DNA of 39,645 nucleotides from Perkinsus olseni (Eukaryota): NCBI GenBank assembly GCA_013115125.1, contig JABANN010000320.1, positions 1 to 39,645 of the forward strand, read 5' to 3'. Shown piece by piece: positions 24,033 to 34,400 of this stretch (position 1 is its first letter; each line of letters starts with the position of its first letter). The notes under the pieces were generated by a model. It saw only the letters and a program-made list of their open reading frames with translations, ran no database searches and was not told where the DNA came from. The position numbers and the translations under genes were made by a program.

Positions 24033-24105
24033 GCCTTCTTAGCTTAGTTGGTAGAGCACCCGCTTAGTAAGCGGGAGGTCGTCGGTTCAACTCCGGCAGA
24101 AGGCT
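24033..24105 (+). tRNA. tRNA-Thr(AGT)
   Basis: Fully paired acceptor GCCTTCT/AGAAGGC, anticodon AGT. Confidence 0.95.
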
Positions 24106-24212
24106 TATTTGGCAGCTCTTGTGATATGGATCCCCTACTGGAGAATAATTAATACATTTCTGTTCTGAGTTTGGCGCATGTCGATTGGGGGCACATGATT
24201 CGCTATCAATTG

Positions 24213-24248
24213 AGCGGGAGGTTCTCGGTTCGACTCCGGTAGAAGGCT
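24213..24248 (+). pseudogene. 3' half of tRNA-Thr(AGT)
   Basis: AGCGGGAGGTTCTCGGTTCGACTCCGGTAGAAGGCT in the third repeat unit; 5' half deleted. Confidence 0.8.
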
Positions 24249-24547
24249 TGAGATGCACATGGAGTTTCACTAGCCTCACTCGCAGAAAATCGAGAATACA
24301 AGGAGTCACGAAAACCTCACTCAGAGACATGAGAAAGATTCCTGTTCCTTGAGTATCGATACAGTACGACAACTCTTATAGCGCATTCACACTCACCATA
24401 AGCGTCGACTAAGGATACTCTCACACTAACACTACCAAGAAATGGCATCGTTTACATCACACGGGCAACAGAACATGCACCATGAGACACGAAGGGTACA
24501 TTAACATTTACATCAGATGTTTCAGCCGATAATTCAAGGTCCCCAGC

Positions 24548-25179
24548 TCAACCTCCGTTATGAGGCTCCACGTTTCGGAGGTATCCTTGGTCGGGCATCG
24601 TCACATAACCGCCGCTGATGGTGACACTCTTCTTCCCCACACTGGCTGATGCCACCAATGAGCACAATCTGTCCAATAATCTGTCGATCGTGGCGGGCAT
24701 ATTGTCAAACAGGCTGGCATAAGCCTGAAAGACATCAATGAAATGTCAAGACGAAAAGCTCCTCTCACCGGTCCTGATGCTTCTTTTCTGAGCTCCTCCG
24801 CTATCGCCCGACACGTTTCTGCCTTCCTCGGCCCTTCAGCGGCAAATATTTTATCCAGGTTCTGACGGGATTCACTCGGCAGCTCCGCAAGTGTGTGCCT
24901 GTAGAGCAACGACAGCATCCATTTCGGCAAGCCAGCCAGGGGTGAGTCTCACTGTTGAGTGTGATCGCGAGCTTGCGTGGTGGCATGCGGGTTGATACCG
25001 CACTGGAAGGAGCTCAAATGAAAGGTGCCATTCTTCACATCGCCGTCACGAGCGATGACCACCAACGACTCTTTTCGAGTTTCGCCATGGAACTCACAGG
25101 AGCCGGTGTGGATTTCATCATCGCATCCGGACAGGGAGAGCGCCAAAAGGATCGAAGCGGCCACCGTGAAGTGCAGCAT
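24548..25179 (-). CDS. Small secreted or membrane-anchored hypothetical protein (3 exons)
   Basis: MLHFTVAASILLALSLSGCDD hydrophobic leader; two GTGAGA..CAG introns join in phase to a TGA at 24548-24550. Confidence 0.65.
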
Positions 25180-25259
25180 TAACAAGCCTAGGAGGGGAAC
25201 TAACCGTTCGATAATCCGAAACGAGACGACCTTATTCGAGATGAGATTCTGCGCTGTTC

Positions 25260-25274
25260 ATTTAGCGCGCGCCC
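25260..25274. promoter_or_regulatory. Second copy of ATTTAGCGCGCGCCC
   Basis: Intergenic, about 80 bp upstream of ATG 25179; identical to 12313-12327. Confidence 0.4.
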
Positions 25275-25349
25275 CGACGATCGATTTGACAACACGACGC
25301 TCAACAGCAGTTCAACATCGGGTGCATGGACAACATGATGGTAGGGAAC

Positions 25350-28300
25350 TTATTGTCTTCGTTGTGGCGAGAATCTTGCCTTGAACTCGGAGTACTCGAT
25401 CAACCTGCCCAGGCAACGTCCAGCCCATCGACGCCGCTCGGCCCTACCCGTCTCTGTCGGTGTCCATCTCCTGTATGATGGCGTCTATTTCCATCTGCGC
25501 CGGTACCAAACCCATCTGGCTGACCTCACCGCACCTGAGGGCAGGGACGCTCACACGCACCCAGAGAAGGCCACAGCCTCACTGAAGCAGCTTGCGGATC
25601 TCATGTCGATCCAGCTTGCCATCGCCGTTGAGGTCAAGTTTCGAGAACGCCTTCCAGAGTCGGTCGTCGAGGTGACTGTCGTAAACACACAGTATCCCCG
25701 CCACCAGCTCGGTGTAGTCGATCCTGACAGGGTGGCTGGTGGAAGCGGGAAGCAGGCGCGCTGCTCACCGTCCATCGCCGTCCATGTCCATGGCTTCCAC
25801 AGCGCGCATTGCTGTGTTCTGCGGCACTCCGAGCCTGAGGAGGGGCGACACTGGGAACACGACGGGAGGCCCTCCCGGGGAGGGGGAAGGGAGGAAAGGT
25901 TACTTCGCCAGACCGGTAACGCAGGTTTGTTTCGAGATGATGCCCTGCTTCTCTGTATCCAGCATTCGGAAGATTCTGTTGATCTCCTGGACGCTGACAG
26001 CATGGACCTGATGGGGTATCCTGGGGGCTGGAAAAATCTTCACAGTGCGCGCTACCTGTGTTGCTATCTCCAATAGGACAGTCCTCTCGAACACACTTCG
26101 ACGGGAGTAATCCACTAGTCCCTGAGAGAAGGACATGCACGTCCATCGGCCACCTGTTCATGTCGCTGATCCTATCCTGCTTGGATGAGCAGCTATGCAG
26201 AAGCTATGTGGCGGATGACAAGAAGACAGCAGAGAGAAGGTTGGGTTCTCAATCGCTTCACACGCCCTCCTCACCTGCATGACGTGGTCGCCGAGAGCTC
26301 GGATGTTATCATTGGGGGCGACTTCGAACCAAGGGCTGGTCAGGCACTGCGCGCAGGTCGGCCGCAGACGATCAGAATATCTGACGAACAGCTAGTAGTT
26401 CGACCAGTGTCATTCTCGCTGTTCTCACGTCATCATCTTCTTCACGAGTTGTGTAGCGTGCGGCGAGACGTGCCTCAGCAACTTCCAGTCCGGGCCGACG
26501 CTGATCGCCTTCAACCAGTCTTGCGCTTTCATCGATCGCGCGATCACCGGCGGCTGAGCTCAGAAAGAGTCAACCACATCAGTCGGAGAAAAAGAGACAT
26601 TCCCACCTTTCCGCAGAAAAGATGGAACAAAACGCAGCCCAGGCTGTAGACGTCGCACTTGAGTCCGAAGGTGTTACTCCGGCTCAGTGTGGCGTTCCAG
26701 ACCTACACAGACGTGCCATTGTTACTCATCATGAGCTGATCGTCGTGTGCATGCGTGCGCCGAAAAGAGCTTTCAAAAGACCTTCACACCTCTCCCATCT
26801 TGCCTTGTCTACGGACAACAACAACCGAGAGGCACTCACCTCAGGTGCCATCGTGTAAGGCGTCCCTGCTACATGCCTGGACACGAATGGTCGGCCCGGG
26901 TCGAAGGCCTCGGCTAAGCCAAAATCGATGAGGACCACGTGGGGAGGAATCTCGAAGGGATCTGAACGAAAAAAAACTTCTCGTGTGGAATAGCTTGTTA
27001 TGCGAGCCAGGAAAATCAATATTTTTCCAAAGTTTCTACACATCTGAGTTGGACGGACGGCTTGTGTATTATGAAATTTATCGACATATATCTATCGATC
27101 AACCCTTTCAACGTCGCGGCAGTCAAAATCACTCTTGCCCCTGCTCTTGTCCCTTGTCAACAGCAGCATGATATTCTCCGCTTTGATGTCCTTATGGATG
27201 ATGCCATGACTGTGGCAGTAGGAAACAGCTTCCAGAATCTGTCCGTACCTGGAAAAAGGGGGTCCGCTGGACCACGAGGTGAGACCAGGATCACTACAAG
27301 CCCGCAATCCATCCCTCAGTCAGGGACTTCTTCCCTCGGCTTTTTGTGTAAGTATCTTCTATCACCTGAAATGCCATGGTCAACCTTAGATTCGCAATGA
27401 TTCGCTATCACCTTCATCAGCTCTCCGCCTTCGCATAACTCCAAAATGAGGTAGACGTTATTGTAGTCCTCAAAGTACCTGAGTTCCGACCGAGCACGAT
27501 CCCCCAGGCGCGAGGACAATTGAGAGATGCAAGAGTGACGACCGTGTAATGTAACGACACTCATCGGTTCTATGGTGTAACGGTTAGCACTCCAGACTCT
27601 GAATCTGGCGATCTGGGTTCAAATCCCGGTAGAACCTTTTCTCTACCCAAAACTCACTCGAACAGCTTGAGTATGTGCGGATGATCCATCTTCTTCATAT
27701 TCTTTATCTCTTGCTCCAACTCTTGCGGGTCCATATGGCTGCTCTTCTTATTAATCACTTTCATCACCTACCACCAATGCCGGTCCACCAACAACAACAA
27801 CCACCGTCTACTCTGGTTTCCTTAGTCTTCTTATCAAGCACTCGCTTAGCAACTCCAAAAGTACCCTGGCCGAGAGTCTCTCTCACCTCATAATGAGCGT
27901 CGGGACGACCTGCAAAGATCAACTTTCGCTGACTGATCTGAGATCCAATGGAGTCCCGAGAGAATCCTTCTAACTAACCGTCTGTGAATCACTTTGCACC
28001 GGTCTGTGAGTGAGCGAATCATGGGTCTTCCGATACTCTCATCTCAATCCTCCTCCTGTCGGTGATCGTGTCCACCGAAAGACCGGAGCAAGAGAGCGCC
28101 TACTGTGTTTACAAATTCCGCAAGAACTGGGTACACCGGTGAAAGTTCAACTGAGCTCTTCAGCGTGGGAGTAAAACCTCACACATATACACAGAACTTC
28201 GGTTGTGGCTGTGAAAGAAGCATAAATTAATCAGGCGATTTCAAGTGCAGTAAAGACATTCCATCTCATGTGATGACATGAACAGCTATTGATCCGAAGA

Positions 28301-28910
28301 GTATCATATAACGCCCCCACTCGCGGCAAGACTACTCGTCCGCGTGAAAGAGCGTCTCCGTCAACCACAACTTACCAGGCTTCTTGTCGAGGAAAAACTC
28401 TCTGCGAACTTTCACTGGTGCGTACTGTGCTCTGAAATCAACCCATACCGCACCTTCCCCAAAACACCACCACCCTCCTACTTCACTTTCAACAGCAATC
28501 GAAAATACAAATTGATAAACTCCTTTTGGTTCAACATCTCATCGCCATCCACGTCGAACTTCTTCAGGCACTGAGGGAATCCAAAAATTTCGCGCGCCCG
28601 GAAATTCCCTTCCTCCAAGTTCACCTGCATCGCTGTTGCATCGCTGACTCCGGGGATCTGCAGATCGGAATTCAGGCGAGCACACAGATCGGCCAGCTCC
28701 GTGAAGGAGAGCACACCTAGGGACAAAACGAAGAGAGCAGCAGCCGATGAGAAACCGCCCTACCATCACGATCGCCGTCGAATTTTTTAAACCAGGCTGA
28801 GGCGTGCGCGCACAGAGTGTCTCGTTTGTCCAGGAGAACTTGAATCTGATGGTTGGTGATCGCGCTAAGGGAGAGAGAAAGGAGGGCAAGTTCCTCACTT
28901 TTCGCAGCAT
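25350..28910 (-). CDS. Calcium-dependent protein kinase with two extra N-terminal EF-hands
   Basis: Kinase motifs LGQGTFG, HPHILKLFE|YFED, HKDIKAEN, DFGLA, GTPYTMAPE, CDVYSLG; N-terminal EF loops DGDRDG and DVDGDE; C-terminal loops DTEKQG, DMDGDG, DLNGDG, DTDRDG. Both ends approximate. Confidence 0.9.
27566..27637 (+). tRNA. tRNA-Gln(CTG), intronic, antisense to the CDPK gene
   Basis: GGTTCTA..CCAGA CT CTG AA TCTGG..TAGAACC then TTTT; within intron 27479-27657, which splits the kinase E codon (GA|G). Confidence 0.95.
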
Positions 28911-29176
28911 CGACGGCGAGGGGCCTTTCACCGGTGATCCTGAAGTGGGACGGATAAACACTGTACTTCGTGATGCGCTTCGCTCCGCTGTTTGAGACTA
29001 AATAATTCCGCCACGGGTTGTCACATCTTTCTCTCCCTGTGCTGAGTCTCACATCATCGGACAAACCCGAATGGCAAAACAAATAGTGTCGGTATCTTGT
29101 GCATGCGTGCGGATCCGAGATATCTTGCATATCTTAGGTTGACCATGGACGAACACAAAAAAGGACAAGGCGAGTT

Positions 29177-31250
29177 CTATGAATAACCACTCCCCACTAA
29201 AATTGGTCCTAGCGGAGCGAAGTTTGATCGATTATTTTCACCCACCTCGAGGCCCCTCCAGTCGACCGTCTTCCCTCTCCTCCCTCTCCTTCGCTTCAGA
29301 TTCCATCCTGCCTCCGTAGCAGTCAGCGCACACATCATAATCACATTTCCGGCAAGAGTATCTTTTCGACATCCTGGCCTCACACAGAACCTCAAGATAC
29401 CCTACAGCTTGATTCCTCTTTTGATATCCCTCTTGCGACATACGTTACATGCATACCCACCGGTAGGGGTCACAAAGGGAGCCAAGGGATGCATCCGAGG
29501 GCACGACCTCTTCTGGGCTCGACCACCGACAGCAGCAGGAGGAGGCTCCGCAATGGCCACTGAGACGAACTCATGGAGTCACTCAGAATCAACATTAGCG
29601 ATTCTCGAGCTCAGCCTTAGTCCCAACGCTAGGGCCCAATGGGTGATTCTTTTCTTCATGAAAAGAAAGGGTGGTCAGATTTCTTCGATTTCAATAAACT
29701 TCCGCCTCTTACTGAATTTTAGGAGCCTCACAGCACAGAATTCAATGCGTTAAAGAGAATCCTGCGAGCGCTTTTCGAACTCAGGAGAGACAGACAACAG
29801 ACAATTAGAGACGTGGCTCACGAGGGAATTAGCTACATCTCAGCTACTGTACCACCAAAGCTTCAACCTCAAACCTCAGCGCGCTAGGCGGCGAAGGCAG
29901 GGACGCGCGCTGAAGAAGGTTGGAGCTCTTATCGCTTCTCACTTCTCCACGCATCGAGGTTCAACTATCGGAGCGTGTCTGGAGAGCAATGGAGGCTCAC
30001 CAGCAGTACTCATTGTGTTTTACGCGCTCTCCGCCTGCAAAATGGGAATTTTTCGAAATGAGTGTTTCGTACCGCGGGTGAGACCCCTTCGAACACCCTA
30101 AAAATTTTATATCCAATTTTGCGTGTTAACGGGGATCCGGGAAGCGTTCTTGAAACTTACAGAAGGCAGTCGTTTTAACACCCTCAAAATGAGGATGCTC
30201 GTAGATTTTTTCTCGCGCGCCCGAAAATTATTTCCACCACCCACCTGGGTGCCGAGGGACGCCACCTCCTGGGTGCTCTCCGGCAGGCACTTGCAAAATT
30301 TGATGGGCTCGGTGGGCCGCGTGATGGATCTGATCACACTTATAGAGATCCGGCGGGATCCGGGGGTCATCGTCACCAGTCCAACCGTGCCAATGGACAG
30401 CTTCCTGTGGAGCTCATACGCTTCCATTCTGGGCAAGAAGTTGTGCAGCCCGACTGCAAAGGGAGAGGCCCCGGGTACGATCCCTGCACCCGGCATTTGA
30501 TGCTGCAGCGCCTTAGGATTATGTACAGCAGCATAGTGAGCTCCCTGAGACCAACAACAATCAATGGCCTTCGACCTTTCAAAAGAAAAATCTCGAGATT
30601 CTCGAGGACCCCATCTAGCGTGGCACTCTATCAGGCCTTGATAAGAACACGTATAAAATGGCATCAACGTCTTTTCGATCTCGATGTTTAACCGTAATGA
30701 AGCCAAGAGTGCGATACGAGTTTCCACTTTCTCCTCCCTCTGCGTCACTTCTCATGTAGAACTAGCTCGTTCCCTTTAAGAGTTGCCGATAGAACACCGT
30801 CCAACCCAACGCCCTTACTGGGGAAGTATCCTGAGGTTGATGCCGGTACGCTCCGATGAAGCCCGGAAGAGACGCTCGGTCGCCTCCCTGGAATCCACAG
30901 ACTAAAGGATACACCAAAGACGAGCAAAAACCTACCGCAGTCGACGGACGCTGTCCGCCCATGGTCTGAGGCGATCGAGCATAATTATTCACACCGGTAT
31001 TAAGGGGTGATGGTAGCATGAAAATTCCACAACTTTTTTACTGATGCGATATCACCAAACGAAATCACCTCCGCACAACTGTTGGTCCCATCTTTCAATC
31101 TGTGTAGAGACTGGATGATTAGGAGCCCAGCCCCTCTCCATAGCGAGGTTCATCGGCGATGCTAGTCCAACCAAGCCGAACTGCCGGCCTTGGACTTCAG
31201 CACCCGAGTTCTAACATCAACAACCCCATCTTTCATCCCCTTCATTCGCG
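29177..31250 (-). CDS. Multi-exon hypothetical protein with C-terminal ZZ/C1-like zinc finger; start uncertain
   Basis: Spliced CPRMHPL..YACNVCRKR..KL|YSCRKCDYDVCADCY; last exon GPILVGSGYS* ends at 29177; upstream exons around 30250-31200 are not fully linked. Confidence 0.55.
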
Positions 31251-31437
31251 CCATCAAGGATTCAGCTCGAGGCGCGACAATCGGTGAAAACTTAGCCCGT
31301 CCGGAACTGCGGCTCCAATTATCGCCTCACTAAGACGTTTTGAGTTGAACTCTCGCTAACGTTCACCCAGGAAGTTACCAACACAAAAATTTCCTCGAGT
31401 TCACGAGACGGTGTATGATGATATTTTTCCTCTTTTT

Positions 31438-34400
31438 TCACTCGGCTTTCTTTCTGGCAGGATCAGTAGCGGGCGCGGAATCTGCGCCCTTCGTCTCTTC
31501 TTCTTGGTGTCGCCTGATCGGCAATTTCGTGGCGGGCGGGAAAATTTCGACTGTCTTATGGGGTGCTCGACGAACTAATTCTGGAAGCACCCCGCGAAAA
31601 AAACGAGAAAATTTTCAAGTTTAAGATTTTAAGTTTCGGGATCAGTCTGCTTAACCCGGATTTGGGTTGCCGAGACCATTGGCCGACAATGGCAAGGCTG
31701 CAAGAAACTTTCCGTAAGACGATCACCGCGATTGCTCTTTGTACTACCACAGGAATCTTAGGTCGAAGCGTGCATCAAACGAACAATCGCCCAGAACTCA
31801 CCTTCCACTGTAAATCCATCTTTGGTAACAACAGATGATGAAAACTATGTCGTCGCGGAAAACCGAAAACTTGTGAATCTCCGGCATCCTGCGGAAAGAA
31901 AGATACGCGCTGGAACAAGAGTATCCAAGGTTAACCCTAAGCAGATACAGAAGACGTCTACTTCATGCCAAGCTGGTCTCTCGCTGCCACCCGCACTTCT
32001 GCATGATTCCGAAGCCATACTTTGCCCGCGTAAAATTTTAAAAAAAAATCCACACAAAACCTAAAAATAATTTTCCGCCATTCTCTCTCAGAAACGATTC
32101 TAAAGACATCTCAATTTTTTCCAGAAAGATTCAAGAAACTTCGAGCGTGCGAATTTCCATCATTCAAACCATCATTCGAACCGAAGTTCAATGAAAAAAC
32201 TCGACTAGAGCTTGTCAACGCCATACTGTAGAGAGCCCCTAACGGAGCACATCGGGTTCCAGTCTAACTGAGTCGGAACCGTTAGCGTCGGACTGCAAAC
32301 CCACACACATTCTCTTTCATCGATTTATTAGTTTTTTCCATCCCAAAAATTTATATATTATTTTTATATACACACGTCGACCGCCGCCCTCCCCCGGAAG
32401 ACCAACCTGATAACCAGCGTGAAGACGTCGTCAATGAAGGTGTTGCAAGCTTGATAGGACAGAGCTCGCCATGGCAAGTGTTCGACGGATTTCAACCGGT
32501 AGTTCAGGAAGACCTGGGAAGGGAGACTAAGGGGCGGTAATGTGCGGTTGCGTCACCTGAGGCGTCATAACTACAAAACCGAAAACTTCTGAACACGCGG
32601 CTAGACTGAGGATGAGGAACGAGTACCTGCAGAGGGAGTGGGCGTCGAAACAAGGTGTCCAGTCGAGTAGGTTATGACGCCAAGTTCACAAGAATAAGTT
32701 CTTCCTCGGTTCGTTCCCCTCTAGCCACCATGTTCAAATTCAACGTGTTGAAGTTCAACTTGAAGACGATCCTGAGAGCCCTCTTGGAGCCCACAGGGGG
32801 TCCATTTAGCAACCGATCTGGTTTCGAAATTATCCTAAGCCGTGCGAGAACAGTAAAGATTCTCACCACGATCGAAACTTATAATTCACCAACCGATAAG
32901 TACAAAAAAATACCACCACTGGTAGAAGCAACAACCCCAGGTACTTCATACAGCGGACCTGACAAAACCAGGCGGAGCGAAGCGATTCATGTTTCGCATT
33001 TTTCCTTCCTCTACTAAGTAGAGTCTACTTCATCATTGGTGATCCCCTGCATCTCTTCAAGCTCAGCCGAACTCGCATCTTTCGACTTACTCATCTTCAT
33101 CAGTTTCCAGCCCGAAAACACAATACGTATCACCTGAACGCGCCGTCATGCGCCACGAAATTATCATCATAATTTTTACCAAAAAATACAGCACGATTCT
33201 GGACTCGTCCTGCTCCAAGACATACAGACAGGAAATGAGAGACATCACTGAGAACGGAGCGAAGCTGTTTTTTCTGACACCCCTAGCTGCGTTTTTGGCT
33301 CACCCATATTCATGGCGATCGATCCTCGGCTGAGACCCTCGAAGCTGGTTCTTTCCTTGAAGAACTTCAAGTCGGATCTCAAGGAAAGGTATCTTAGGTT
33401 GAAGCGTGACAGTTACAGGTAGAGCGGTACAAACTCACTCGAAGAGTATGTGTAGAAAACTAACACCATAAACGACGAGGAGTCGCCAGGGTCCGCTTGA
33501 CCCCGACAGAAGCATCTTGAAGGAATCGAGGTCGTACTCGTTAACCTAGGGAAGAACAAATCTTAGCGGAGCGAAGTTTTTTGCCATTTTCGAGCTCCCT
33601 ACTTTCATGACGTCCTCCATGTGCTCGAAGCCCTGCAGTAGGGACTCGCTTAGCATCCAATAGCTCATGCCAACTTTATGAAACGATATAGTCATTTCCG
33701 GCAGAGCGTCTGGCGAGCCCGCGGCAGGCACAGGTTCGAACCTAGCACGTGACGTTTTTCACCCAAAAATGGCCTCGCCGCACTTACTCGTCTCTCGGAG
33801 TAGCGTGAGTGTTCATGAATATGGGTAGCTAAAAATACACCATCAAAATGAAAGTTCCCGCTCTGGAAGTGAAACCAGCGGAAAAGGTGAGAATCAGCGG
33901 CCGTCGGAAAGGCCCCGAGGAAAGGCGGCATGCTTCCTAACCACATTTCACAGGTGAACAAAAACGATCGATCTCAAACCGCGAGTAGACCATCTTTTCA
34001 ATAGTAATGACAGCAATACACGTAAGTCCAATCTTAATGACGACCGATGGTCCAAATCAGAATTGCAATGATAGTTGTACACGTAATGTACCAACAATCG
34101 GTCTCGTTCCACCAGTATTGATTTTCGCCGCGTCAACTTTTACCCAGGCTATTCACGTTCCCTACACGATCTCCTTTATTTACGTCCTCTCAAACACGTC
34201 TGTAGTACAGACTCTGTACTAGACGAAAAAATGTTGAATCGCTTCGCTCCGCTTACATGCAGTTTTCGGGTCTTCTGGTCAACGAAGCCCCCGAGACCTT
34301 TCTGGTAGAGTTTTCGAGCATCCATCGGCCGAGTCTCCACGATCAGCCCAACTTCCATCTTCTTCGGTACGGACAGTCGAGGCACAGGTGCAGGCTGAAA

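Larger units (their letters stand above)
23770..24248 (+). repeat. Tandem array of about 183-bp tRNA-Thr(AGT) units
   Basis: Spacer ACATTTCCGTTCTGAGTTTGGCGCATATCGATTGGGGG recurs near 23790, 23973 and 24154; tRNA starts are 183 bp apart. Confidence 0.9.
9387..33402 (+). repeat. Dispersed 12-mer ATCTTAGGTTGA (six exact copies; coordinates span first to last)
   Basis: Exact copies start at 9387, 9924, 13152, 14546, 29131, 33391; one-mismatch variants at 7660, 31755 (+) and 13675, 27380 (-). Confidence 0.85.
18766..34253. repeat. Dispersed 12-mer AGCGGAGCGAAG (five exact copies; coordinates span first to last)
   Basis: Plus strand at 18766, 29211, 33565; reverse complement at 28978, 34242; shorter matches at 32972 and 33255; variant at 8021. 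Confidence 0.82.

Noticed and set aside
25381-26649. Long plus-strand ORFs (231 aa and 154 aa)
   Set aside because: Antisense shadows of CDPK exons.
27910-28375. Possible C/D snoRNA in the long CDPK intron
   Set aside because: The TGATGA box is antisense to the host gene and no canonical C/D pair with terminal stem was found on the sense strand.
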